From NCBI GenBank assembly GCA_964016885.1, contig OZ024750.1, positions 13,950,001 to 14,014,000 of the forward strand: a stretch of DNA of 64,000 bases. The letters are read 5' to 3'. Positions 25,090 through 38,977 of the stretch are shown piece after piece. Every line of letters begins with the position of its first letter. Within the stretch, counting starts at the first letter, position 1. The notes beneath the pieces are model-generated. The model was not told the origin of the DNA and did not search any database. It saw only the letters and a program-made list of their open reading frames with translations. Source of the DNA: Eledone cirrhosa. Its lineage: Eukaryota. The translations under genes were made by a program, and so were the position numbers.

Positions 25090-26801
25090 TCTGCTACATG
25101 GGTTGCTGCAACTAACAAAACAAGTGACAGGAAACAACAATGAGTAGAATGTCTAGAATGGGTTGAATGAAGTGCTAAAGGTCTTCTAGAGAAGAAGCTT
25201 TTGTTATTCCTGGGTGTCTCTAATGTCATCGAATACCTGATGTGGAAAGCGTACCCAAACCAGCCAAATTATTATTTTTCCAGTATTAAAGATGTTTTTT
25301 TTTTTTTTAAAAGTATCTAAGTTGTTTTTGATTCACTTATCACTCATCATCATCGTCGCCGCCGCCGCCGCCGCCGTCATCATCGTCATCATCGTCGTCG
25401 TCGTCATCGTCATCGTCGTCGTCATTTTATTATTTTGCCTGTATTAAAAATGTTTTTTTTTTTTTTAAAAGTATCTAAGTCGTTTTTGATTCACTTATCA
25501 ATCATCATCATCATCATCATCATTATTTTATGTCTACTTCTCTCTGCTTACATGGTTAGCTATGTCTGTTTCTCTCTGCTTGCATGGGTTGGATGTGTTT
25601 GCTTCTCCCTGCTTGCATGGGAAGGATGTCTTCTTTTCCAACACAGCCTCCCTCCACTCGTCACGTTCCTTCATCAGCCTTTGTCTACAACCATATACAC
25701 ACATACACATACACTGGATTGGGGAGTACGGCTACACCTCTGATATTACCAAAACAAAATAGAAAGTGGTGAAAATCGACCAGGGAAGGGTTCCGCAAAC
25801 AGAACTGAGAAGGCCATAAATTAGATTGGTTTCAGCAAAAAGCAAATTTTAGGTATTAAATCGAGGGGAAACAACTCCGTTCTCTACTAATTTTAAGACG
25901 CATTGCTTTCCCTTCCTTCAATACTGAGCTGTATTTTGCATGGCGAATTGCTTACGTTGTATATATGTAAAGTCAGGTGGCCTAGTTGTAATGTCGTGGG
26001 TTCGATTCCTTGACTGGGTTGTGTGCTGTGTTCTTGAGCAAAACACTTCATTACACAATGATCCAGTTTACTCAGCTGAAAATTAGTACCAGCATTAGCT
26101 GGTGGTTTAACCATGCGATGGACTAGCGTATTGTACTCTCAGACGCTTCTGACGACTGCCAATTCACCGCCTTAATGCTGTTAAAATATGAATTTTATTT
26201 CTTTATGTTATGAAGAGTTATCTCCCATGTATCATATTAAAACTTTTCATTTACCTAGTTAATTAAGGAACGTTCTTTCATTGGCATACAGCCTTTACGT
26301 TGCTCACACACTTAATCTGCCTTAACCGAGCTAAACGAGAGAGCGTCATCATGGTTACTGGACGTATTAGATATAGCAGCCAAATCTCCCTCAAGCGAGA
26401 CCCTAGTTAGACGTATTAGATATAGCTGTTAGATATCCCTCAAATGAAATACTAGATATAGCAGTCCCCGAAAGGAGAGCCTAGCTGGATGGACTAAATA
26501 TAGCAGCTAAATGTTCCTCAGAGAAGACCCTAGTAGTTAAAAAAATAGAGAACGCATTGACTAAATAATTTCCCCACTACCTCTTCTCTTTCTCTCTTAT
26601 CCTTTTCCTCTTTTTCTCTCTTTTCCTACACCCATCTCTCTCTCTCTTTTCCTACACCCATCTCTCTCTCTCTTTTCCTACACCCATCTCTCTCTCTCTT
26701 TTCCTACACCCATCTCTCTCTCTCTCTTTCATCCTCTCATAGCGCATATTATTTTTATATAATTGAGCAGTATCTAATAAAAACAAAACACACCCTTGGC
26801 A

Positions 26802-27275
26802 GTGGAGACTTCTGGTGTCCTTGGCCCTAGGGCTACCTCCCTACCCACCACCATAGGCGCTGAACTGGTCAGCCACAGGTGTGGAGACTTCTGGTGTCCT
26901 TGGCCCTAGGGCTACCTCCCTACCCACCACCATAGGCGCTGAACTGGTCAGCCACAGGTGTGGAGACTTCTGGTGTCCTTGGCCCTAGGGCTACCTCCCT
27001 ACCCACCACCATAGGCGCTGAACTGGTCAGCCACAGGTGTGGAGACTTCTGGTGTCCTTGGCCCTAGGGCTACCTCCCTACTCACCACCATAGGCGCTGA
27101 ACTGGTCAGCCACAGGTGTGGAGACTTCTGGTGTCCTTGGCCCTAGGGCTACCTCCCTACTCACCACCATAGGCGCTGAACTGGTCAGCCGCAGGTGTGG
27201 AGACTTCTGGTGTCCTTGGCCCTAGGGCTACCTCCCTACTCACCACCATAGGCGCTGAACTGGTCAGCCGCAGGT
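26802..27275 (+). repeat. 6 x 79-bp tandem repeat derived from a CRE-like LINE
   Basis: Units start at 26802, 26881, 26960, 27039, 27118 and 27197. Confidence 0.92.
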
Positions 27276-27490
27276 GTGAGCCTCGCGAGATGGAATGGCT
27301 CTTCCAGCGCCTCTCCCTTGCCATCCTCCGGGGAAACGCCTTCTCCATTCTGTCCGCCGGGGCTGTGGGGAGGCCAGCACGCGGAACCCCATTTGCTCAC
27401 CATACAGAGAGATGGGGAGGGCGAGACAGATGGAGGCGATGACAGTGGGAGTTCGGCTCTTCCACGTTTGAACCATATCCTTGTGGTTGT
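27197..27490 (+). mobile_element. CRE-like non-LTR retrotransposon 3' end
   Basis: ETSGVLGP.A..LL..IG..L.....EPRE..WLFQRLSLAILRGNA motif; a related minus-strand fragment lies at about 27620-27720. Confidence 0.8.
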
Positions 27491-28471
27491 GTTCAAGCAG
27501 TTAATGAGTCTGTTTATGTATAGACAGCTATCAATTATCTTGCTGTTATTACCAAAGGGAACAAAAAAGGAAGAAGAAAGAGGATCGAGCTACGAAAGAA
27601 AAGGAAGGGGAAGGACAGTCACTACCAACCAGTCAGAGCGGTGCCTCAGCCTGCCAAAGCGGACAATAGCCAGAGACACCCGCTCCAACAGCCACCCCAT
27701 CTCACGGGGATCATGAGTGAAATTGGACAGGCAAACGTGTTTGGATGGTTGTTGGATAAACTGTAGCTGTAATTAAGAGGGGGATCCATGTCTCACAGCG
27801 TGTTACATTGAATTTCTCCGTTAATTGTTTCTACTTTTTGGCACAAGTCCAGCAATTATCCTAGTACATTACTGGTACTTTATTTTATCGACTCCCGTAA
27901 GCACGAAAGGCAAAGTTAACGGGATTTGAAGGGGCGTAACTTTATGCTACAAAGCATGGCGTCCGACCCGCTACCGATACTGCCAATCCCCGATAATTAT
28001 CTTTGATACACGTGCCTGTGAAAGGCTCGGCTACTTACTCGTTAATTTTACGAGCTGGCTGTTCTGTTGATCGACCAACTAGAACACTCATCGGTGCAAC
28101 CGACGGAGGTTGATACCACGTGTAGGTGTGTGTTTGTGTGTAAATGTGCGTGTGTGCTCCATATAGACATACAATGATAGAATATTATTTTCTAATTTAG
28201 GCACAAGACCAGCAATTATTTTGGGTAGTGGTGGGGTGTGAGTTGGGTGTCGAAAGTTGATTAAATCGACCCCTAATATTTGACGGCTACTTTATTTTAT
28301 CGACCTTAGAAGAGCGAGAGGCAGAGTTAACTTAGGCAGAATTTGAATTCAGAACGTAAAAGGGCTGCAACTTGATCCTTCACAAGGCATTTAGTCCGAC
28401 ACTCTACAGATTCTACCAACTCCAAACTTAACCCTGCACTGAGAAAGTATTGATGAGGGTACAGAAACTGG

Positions 28472-28551
<80 letters not shown>

Positions 28552-28621
28552 ACTAGGACGAAGCTGAACTAACGCTAATTTAATCTAATTGTTATTACAT
28601 TGTCATTGGGTAGCATATTGC

Positions 28622-29100
28622 ATAATAATAATAATAATGAAATTATTGTGTACAGTGCTCAGGTGTACTACAACTCATCAAAGGTGCATGTATAGTACAT
28701 AGAATAATGTACAAATGTCAGGAAAATGAACAGATATACACGTGTGCATGTGTATGGAGGGGGGGGGGGCATCAGGTGTAGTGTTGGTGAATTTCAGGGA
28801 GCATGGAGGTTTTAAAGGACGCAGTGTCTCGACAGCTAACAACTGATGCAGGTAGTTTGTTCCATGCTTCAGCAACTCTGAGCGTGAAACATTTTTTCTG
28901 AAAGTCATGGGAGCTGTGCTGTTTTCTGACTTTGTAGGCATGTCCACGTGTGTTAGACACATGCAATTCAAAAAGGTGCTCAGGGTTGTTGTTGTTGGCA
29001 AGATGGTTAATAATTTTGTGGGTTTTTACCAAATCAGTTGTCAGACGTCGGAGCTTCAATGTATCCATTCCCAGGGAATGAATTCGTTCATAGTATTGTA
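28622..29100 (-). mobile_element. CR1/L2-like LINE 3' fragment
   Basis: LKLRRLTTDLVKTHKII...TRGHAYKVRK...FTLRVAEAWNKLPASVV...SFK, followed by a (TTA)n tail. Confidence 0.85.
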
Positions 29101-30109
29101 GATGCTATAAAGGAGGTTGAGGAGGAGGAAGAAGATGATGATGATGATGATGAAGAGGAGAAACAGGGAAAGGAAGGATATAATAACATTTACTCAACCC
29201 ATGTACATGTTATCTCCCCTATATCACCACACACCAGAGGGATGAAAAGCAAAAAGGTAAAACTCTATGCTCGTGGGACTTGAACTGGGAAGGGCGAGAG
29301 AGATCCGCTGTTCCACTGCATTTGGCAAACAACAGTCTTTTCATAATTTAATTAAAATTTAAATTGTTAATTACTGCAAAAGCACTTAAGAAATGTTCTC
29401 CCTAGGAATGATACAGTGAACGGGAAGTGATTAAATCTGGGATCTAATGATCTTTGATTAGGTGCCAGTGCTAAGATAATTAGCACACAGACGCTTAGGC
29501 CATATTATTCAATATCTTCCTAATCCTCTTAATTGTTGGATCATTAGACATAATTGCCTTTCAAGTAAGTTTTCGGGGATACAAAAGTATTTAGCTTCAG
29601 ATTAAAACAGCCTAAAAAAATACCCCCCCCCCCCTCCCACACACAAAAAACGACTAAATAAAACATGTGGAAAATATAGGAAACAGAAAACTCAGAAGAG
29701 CCAAAAACATGGACAATTCCTGCTCATTGGCTGTTTTCTGGGGACTATTCACTACCGGTGTGTGACAGCTCGCAATTATGCAGGCTTAGCTGGCCTCCTC
29801 CAAGGGATATCACGTTGGAGGTGTCTTGGGAGATTTAATGATAGGGACCCCAGTCCCTATCATCTCATTTCTACAGCTGAGTAAACTGGAGCAATGTGAA
29901 ATAAAGTGTCTTGCTCAAGGAAACAACACATCACCCGGTCCGAGAATTGAACTCATAATCTTTCGATTGCAAGCCCAATGCTCTAACTACTAAGCCATGC
30001 GCCTTCACTACCAGTGCATCAATAGTATCCAAAGATAAAGGATAAAGGGCAAAAAACCCCCAAAAAACAAAAGAAACAAACAACAACAATATAGTACCGT
30101 CGTTGTGAT

Positions 30110-30355
30110 CTCTTCCGTTAGACATTCTAACCACATGTCGATGGTGCTAGACACCACATGTCGATGGTGCTAGACATTCTACCCACATGTCTAGTAACAG
30201 AGCTGTGATCTCTTTCGCTAGACATTCTAACCACATGTCTGTAGCACCAGACATTTTAACCACATGTCTGTAGTAACAGAGTTGTGACCCATTAGACATT
30301 ATAACTATATGTCTGTAGTACCAGACATTCTAACTACATGTCTGTAGTAGTGGAG
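30110..30355 (+). repeat. Imperfect minisatellite (AGACATTCTAACCACATGTCTGTAGTACC-like)
   Basis: About 7 degenerate units visible. Confidence 0.7.
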
Positions 30356-31485
30356 CTTTCATTTATACAGATTAGATAATCAAAACTATGGTGTAGAATC
30401 CTGGACTCTCAGTGTCGCTCGTTCAAGTAGAGTTGATAGTTCCTACATTGGCCACACTGGAAGGGATCTTGTTGCTGCGATAAGAAATTGGGAAGTCTGG
30501 AACAAGACCTTTGTGTATGCTTCACATTCGATGGAGGGTTGACTCAAGAAGAAGAAGGCATAGTGAGAGAGAGAGATCGGAGAGAATATAAGGTAGAAGC
30601 AAAAGAAAAAAGTTTGTTTTAGGCCGCTAGAGCCATTTAGTGCCGTAACAAAGTGTCGTGTGTATTTGATTATATGATGTGATTCACGTAAACAAATCTC
30701 TGTCATTAATACGACATCTCGTTTGTTTGTGTTTAGTAGTTAATTATTGGTAGATTAGGGAGGCTGTCAACAATACGACATCAACGACGACAGCCAAATG
30801 ATACAGTGAAGCAATGGCGGCCGTGAGAGAGGGAAGAAGGAGAGATCACGAAAGGAAAATATACACACCACACGTCCTCACAAAACAGTCGTCTGCTTCC
30901 TTCACTCCCTTTGGATATATGACTGAAGAAGATAAATAAATACTAATCATTGCTGTTTATTTATCTCTGATAAGGCAAACCTGTGGTCAAACACATTGCA
31001 ACTGTCATCATCACAGATTTTTCTTATGTCCGAGGAACTTAGGATTACATCATCAAACATGTCCTTTATCTAAGACGGTGGAATGTTGTTATTTTATGGA
31101 GATTTGGTTGTTATTTCTGGCAAGTCGATTGAACCCGTAAAGGCTTCCTCGTTGACTCGTCTAAATACCAATCAAGTACTGAGGAAGAGGACATCGTTGA
31201 AGGGGAATGGGGATTTATCCTCATTTAATATCTGTGACCCTAGGTCGACCCGCTTCGCATCGATCTGACTTATGAACAATGACATTCCAGCCGTGACCAT
31301 CCTGCCTGTTTGTATTTCTATTTCAAGAACTACATTGTCGAATATACCCAAAGGTAGAGAGTGCGTAGTGAGAGATCGGGAGAGACGGAGGCAGTGACAG
31401 TGGGAGTTTGGTTCCATTGTGTTCGGACCTGGTGTATATGTGTATATTTATTTACCACACCATACTAACTATATATTTGAATCTG

Positions 31486-31549
<64 letters not shown>

Positions 31550-31797
31550 CGATAGTCGATCAACAACATTCCAGATTCCCCATTCGCTTAACTAGTGGGG
31601 TGGAGCTCGTCAAATCGAACCGAGGAAACAATGTTTCCATTTGTCTATCCAAATACTAATACTATCTGTCGGTCGCAACTCCAGAGAGAAGGAACAACAT
31701 GAAATAAAGTGTCTTGCTCAAGACATAACGCATCGCCCGGTCTGGGAATCGAAATCACAACCTCACGATTGCGAATCCAATTCTCTAACCACGCGCC

Positions 31798-31872
<75 letters not shown>

Positions 31873-31923
31873 CACACATAAATATATATATAAATATATA
31901 GATAAATCCCGGGATAATTTAAG

Positions 31924-31967
<44 letters not shown>

Positions 31968-31969
<2 letters not shown>

Positions 31970-32142
31970 CGAGGGAAAAGTGGTAAGGAACCAGGTGGAC
32001 CATAACGCACCAAAGTACTCAATACTTAGGGTAGTAGAGTGGGTAATAGGAGTAAGTAAGACCCCGACGGCTGAGCTCAAGCCGTTTCGACAGAATTAGC
32101 CGTCGATACGGCTTGAGCTCAGCCGTCGGGGTCTTACTTACT

Positions 32143-32146
<4 letters not shown>
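31968..32146 (-). mobile_element. (TA)n-embedded fold-back element (GGAACCAGGTGGACC family) carrying two half-hammerheads
   Basis: Inverted repeat 32047-32091 / 32102-32146 containing GAAAC-GGC-TTGAGCTCA-GCC-GTC-GGGG (the right arm reads GATAC); flanked by (TA)n on both sides. Confidence 0.75.
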
Positions 32147-32217
<71 letters not shown>

Positions 32218-32532
32218 CTTAAATTATCCCGGGATTTATAAGTTTCGGAAAATGATGGCTTTCAACAGATTCCCGCTGGCTTTCACCCACTATCCGTTAG
32301 AAGTCTTATTACATCTAAAAATGACATTTAAGTGTCAATAAGTTCAGCTCAAGAGGAAAAAAAATATATATATTTACAACATTTAAAAACAGCCTGCAAG
32401 AACAAAGACGCCGTTTCCAAGTCAAAAACAGAGAGAGAAAAAAAGTTAGTTTTAAAAATGTTATGAGTTGTTAATGCACTTGTGTGGATATTGTCTGGAA
32501 ATATAATTTACAGCTCATTTTTCTTTTCATCG

Positions 32533-32596
<64 letters not shown>

Positions 32597-32613
32597 GTAT
32601 ATATATGTATATA

Positions 32614-32716
<103 letters not shown>

Positions 32717-32723
32717 GTATATA

Positions 32724-32806
<83 letters not shown>

Positions 32807-32889
32807 TAGACTTTGATAGTTGATAAACAAAGAAGACCAAGTTTAAATGAGTGTTCGATTAATAGAGGGTTAGCTGTAGAGAACACACA

Positions 32890-32989
<100 letters not shown>

Positions 32990-33007
32990 ATATATATATG
33001 TATATAC

Positions 33008-33108
<101 letters not shown>

Positions 33109-33128
33109 CATATATATATATGTATATA

Positions 33129-33230
<102 letters not shown>

Positions 33231-33245
33231 CATATATATATATAT

Positions 33246-33290
<45 letters not shown>

Positions 33291-34555
33291 AATATATATA
33301 TTCAAAATAGAGGGCGAACAGGACAAAGACAATGGAAAAAACCGTATTTTTTTCGATGTTCTACTTCTATTCGATGCTCTAACGACTCTAGCAATTCGTC
33401 ACCCTAATACTAAGTCCACCACCAAAGAAGACCATAGTCTGATTTGACCTCACAAAGAAAAGAGCCGAAATTCTTTAGTATATCATTTTACAGAATTCAC
33501 AGAAAATATAATTATAAACACGATAAAGAATATTTTGTTGCGATATATTAATGTGTTTAGATCTAATGGAATTTATGAGATGTATTAGAACAAGGGGTGT
33601 ACAGCATATTCCATTGGCCGGCCACTTTTGAACATAAGGAACAACTATTAGAGCCATTAATATTTATTAAGCTCTATTCCAAAGATTCACCACATCTCCT
33701 TTCCATAACATGGAACTGGGAAATTATAACACACATAACCAAGAGCTTTGTTTCAGAGGGCTACCAGGGGGACAAGCCCCCCCCCCCCCACACAATTTTC
33801 TCAGGAATGGGGAACAAACCATCTTTTGTTTTTGTTTATTTGATATAATAAATTGTTTTTAAGCTTATTTTTTTATATCTGAACTTCATTTGAATATATA
33901 AAATTTAATTAGCGTAAAATTTTACTTATGTAATAGGGTCCGAAAACGGCCCCATAAGCAATACTAACATGCTCCTTTAAGATTCAACAAATGTTGGTTT
34001 GTCCCCCTCACATTTTTAAGGCAAACGAGACCCCTGCGCATCACCTATCAGTGAAGCCCTTTAGTATAGGTCAACTAACAGAAAATTGTATTACGGTTAC
34101 GAAAAAAATTCTAAATAAGCCTACAAGGTAAAAAATAAAATAAAACGGTAATCGTGGGCCACTCTGACTGGCCTGGCATGCTGGATTGAAGCCCGGGAGT
34201 CGCCTAGTATACGCCCCTGTATTAGAATGTGAAGGTGGCGAATTGTCAGAGTTGTTAGAACATCAGACAGAATGCTTTGCTGTAGAGGTTTCAACTTTCT
34301 GTTCTCTGCTTTCTGAGTTCAAACTGTCTCTCTTCTCTCTATCCTTCTCTGGCAGAAATCTGTTGTATTCAGACCTAGAGAGGAGCTAGGCTCCTTCAGG
34401 TTTAAACATTGTCCTAGAAACCTATGTTATGATATAAATAGGCCACGAGAAGGTTAAAAGCTCTAAACATTGGAGCAATGATTTGGGTAGAACACACTAT
34501 TGTGTTTGTCTTTTCAACAGCTTTTAAAGTTTAAAGTCTGTCTCGAGCCCGAAAC

Positions 34556-34624
<69 letters not shown>

Positions 34625-34709
34625 GTAGGTCCCGGGTTGAGTCGGGGATAACCACAGTAAGTAAGGTACTCAATACATTGGCAGAGTAAAAATGTTTATT
34701 TTATAGAAG

Positions 34710-34761
34710 GAGCTTCTACAGGACTAGTACTGTTTCATTCAGATGAAATCTTCAGGAAGCT
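34710..34761 (-). ncRNA. Type I hammerhead ribozyme (inverted copy)
   Basis: Exact reverse complement of the HHR at 34771-34822. Confidence 0.7.
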
Positions 34762-34769
34762 ATATACAT

Positions 34770-34822
34770 GAGCTTCCTGAAGATTTCATCTGAATGAAAC
34801 AGTACTAGTCCTGTAGAAGCTC
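34770..34822 (+). ncRNA. Type I hammerhead ribozyme
   Basis: Stem I GAGCTTC/GAAGCTC; CTGAAGA 34777-34783; stem II T-TTCA-TC-TGAA-T; GAAA; stem III CAG/CTG with an ACTAGT palindromic loop; GUA site at 34813-34815. Confidence 0.75.
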
Positions 34823-34836
34823 CTTCTATAAAATAA

Positions 34837-34889
<53 letters not shown>

Positions 34890-35139
34890 TATTTTTATTT
34901 TTATTATTATTTTTTCATATTTATTTTCATTTGTACCACTTCCACCGTTTCCTCTCACCCCCTCTTTTCTAAATGTCTCTCCCCCACTCCCCTACACACC
35001 CTTGGAACTCTCTTCCCACACACTTTTCGTCTGCAGAAGGGCTTATGCCCGAAACGTCGTTCCCCGCCCCACTCTCAAGAGCGTGAAACTAATAAACCTT
35101 TGTTCGTACTGCCTCTCTGTTTTGTTCCCGTTCCATTTT

Positions 35140-35206
<67 letters not shown>

Positions 35207-35207
<1 letters not shown>

Positions 35208-35553
35208 TAAAAAGGAAAAGAAAATGCTGACAAATTTTTCCCAGTGAAAAATAGTTTAATTAGGAATAAGTATACATGAGTAATAAGTATTGGTTAGTAT
35301 TCAGTTTTAGTTTTAAGTTTTTACCGGTTGCGCATTTCTAATGCTTTTCAAAAATAGAGTGCTCGTGATTTTTGCTCTACAGAAATCACGAGCACTCTCA
35401 AATTATTTTTGAAAAGCATTAGAAATGCGCAACCGGTAAAAACTTAAAACTAAAACTGAATACTAACCAATACTTATTACTAATGTATACTTATTCCTAA
35501 TTAAACTATTTTTCACTGGGAAAAATTCGTCAGCATTTTCTTTTCCTTTTTAC
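35207..35553. repeat. About 350-bp near-perfect palindrome beside (TA)n with a degenerate hammerhead on each arm
   Basis: Arms 35207-35356 / 35404-35553 (2 mismatches seen) and an inner hairpin; TTGAAAA-GCAT TAGAA ATGC-GCAAC-CG-GTA at 35409-35438. Confidence 0.8.
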
Positions 35554-35580
35554 AAATATATCACAACTCGTGTGTCACAC

Positions 35581-35647
<67 letters not shown>

Positions 35648-35718
35648 GAAAAGTATAGAAATTATATAAATATATTTATATATATATATATATAATGTAT
35701 ATATATATATATATATGC

Positions 35719-35760
<42 letters not shown>

Positions 35761-35797
35761 GTGTGTGTGTGTGAGCATTATATATAAATATATATAC

Positions 35798-35832
<35 letters not shown>

Positions 35833-35836
<4 letters not shown>

Positions 35837-35948
35837 GGTGTCCCCCAAAAATGTATTCACACTTTGATTACCTGTACAGGCAATATTTATTAGAATGCTG
35901 TTGAAGTGTGTATACATTTTTTGGTACATTTTTGGTACACCCTCTGTA
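35833..35948. mobile_element. Tc1/mariner-type MITE
   Basis: TA-CAGGGTGTCCC..AAAAATGTAT / TACATTTTTGGTACACCCT.TG-TA termini; related copy at about 52567-52657. Confidence 0.65.
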
Positions 35949-36096
35949 TGTATATATATACCTCTGTATGTATATATATACCTCTGTATGTATATATATA
36001 CCTCTGTAGATATTAATGAATCTGCAAAAGTGCAGAATAAATCAATTAAATATATGCAAATGTGTAATAAACGCATCCAGCTTCCGTCCATCCGTC

Positions 36097-37465
<1,369 letters not shown>

Positions 37466-37625
37466 ATATATTTGCATATTCATAAGCACCAAGCCACACT
37501 TAAAGAAATTCAAACGGAAAGAGTAGAAAGGTAGACACGGCCATGTTTGTGGCAGTCGTGATGTCTGTGAAAGAAGAACTAATTTGGCCAGCGTTTGTCT
37601 CTCTTTTAAACTATATATATTTATA

Positions 37626-37664
<39 letters not shown>

Positions 37665-37677
37665 CTTATATATAGTG

Positions 37678-38425
37678 CTGGTGGTGGTGGTGGTGGTGGT
37701 GGTGGTGGTGGTGGTGGTGGTGGTAGTGGTGATGGTAGTGGTGGTGGTAGAGGTGGTGGTGGTGGTAGAGGTGGTGGTAGTGGTGGTGGTGGTGGTGGTG
37801 GTGGTAGTGGTGGTGGTGGTGGTGGTAGTGGTGGTGGTGGTAGAGGTGGTGGTGGTAGAGGTGGTGGTAGTGGTGATGGTAGTGGTGGTGGTAGAGGTGG
37901 TGGTGGTAGAGGTGGTGGTAGTGGTGATGGTAGTGGTGGTGGTAGAGGTGGTGGTGGTAGAGGTGGTGGTAGTGGTGGTGGTGGTGGTGGTGGTGGTAGT
38001 GGTGGTGGTGGTGGTGGTAGTGGTGGTGGTAGAGGTGGTGGTGGTAGAGGTGGTGGTAGTGGTGGTAGTGGTAGTGGTGGATGGTGGTGGTAGTGGTGGT
38101 GGTGGTGGTAGAGGTAGTGGTGGTGGTGGTGGTGGTGGTGGTGGTAGTGGTGGTGGTGGTAGAGGTGGTGGTAGAGGTGGTGGTAGTTGTGGTGGTGATG
38201 ATGGTGATGGTGGTAGAGGTAGTGGTGGTGGTGGTGGTGGTAGTGGTGGTGGTAGAGGTGGTGGTGGTAGAGGTGGTGGTGGTGGTAGTATTGGTAGTGG
38301 TGGTGGTGGTGGTGGTAGTGGTAGTACTGGTGGTAGTTGTAGTAGTGGTGGTAGTGGTAGTAGTAGTGGTGATAGTAATGGTAGTGGTAGTAGTGGAAGT
38401 AGTAGTGGTAGTAGTGGTAGTAGTG

Positions 38426-38458
<33 letters not shown>

Positions 38459-38590
38459 TCTCTCTTTTAAATTGGTAAAATATACTGCTTTCACCATCAA
38501 TATATACCTCTTCTAGCAGTAGTGGTGGTAGTAGTAGTAGTGGTTGTAATAGTAATAGTAGTGGTAGTAGTAACGATGGTAATAGTGATG
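37678..38590 (+). repeat. (GGT)n grading into (AGT)n trinucleotide array
   Basis: Direct reading; source of the spurious poly-V/G/P/H ORFs. Confidence 0.95.
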
Positions 38591-38639
38591 TTAGTAGCGA
38601 TGGTTCATTGAAGAGATGACCCCCTCCATCGCAAGAGAC

Positions 38640-38925
38640 GGCCAAATAGTCTTTCGACTTATTCACGTCAAAAATCACTACTGCACAGTAGAGACACAGT
38701 AGAAATACAAGTTACAAATGTACCTACCAGACCAGTCTATACTGGCAGAAACCTTTGGATCTATGGGTGCGAGACATCCACGAGAAACTGCCTCCATTAC
38801 AAAAACAAAACAAACTGTTGTGAACATTCTGTGTACAGCTTTGCACGGTTATACGTTCAAATGTTGTATCATTGGAGTGAGTAATGAGAGCAAACGAGGA
38901 TATAGTGAATATTTTTTCCTATAGC
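38640..38925 (+). pseudogene. Decayed GIY-YIG-like endonuclease (Penelope-like element 3' end)
   Basis: With several frameshifts: RLIHVKN, V-YKLQ-C, VYTG-ETFGSMGAR, EH, GYTF, IIG..N..KRGYSEYFFL. This resembles the Penelope L..KD..VYKI.C..YIGET.R..EH..KR...E..I pattern. Reconstructed by eye. Confidence 0.5.
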
Positions 38926-38977
38926 CTCATTTAACTATAAACTATATATTTCCTGTTTCGCCATAACCATTATCAGT

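Larger units (their letters stand above)
34623..34837. mobile_element. (TA)n-embedded fold-back element with a hammerhead on each strand
   Basis: Perfect 67-bp arms 34695-34761 / 34771-34837 with a 9-nt spacer. Confidence 0.8.

Noticed and set aside
26802-27275. Regularly spaced repeats resembling a CRISPR array (also 14635-15957 and 23880-24780)
   Set aside because: Head-to-tail tandem units without unique spacers, in eukaryotic context with no cas genes.
30960-31005. CTGATAA-GGC...GTC-AAAC hammerhead-like string (similar weak cases at about 32250-32305, 38950-38977 minus and 59850)
   Set aside because: Core boxes are incomplete and stems I/III do not form convincingly.
30420-31420. Non-repetitive-looking stretch with short ORFs (31083-31268 +, 31172-31417 -)
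   Set aside because: No recognisable protein motif or convincing exon chain; the 31360-31420 part resembles the CRE-like LINE 3' UTR.
33753-34036. Possible DNA-transposon MITE (CAGAGGG...CCCCTG ends)
   Set aside because: Termini are short and imperfect, no TSD found and no second copy in the window.
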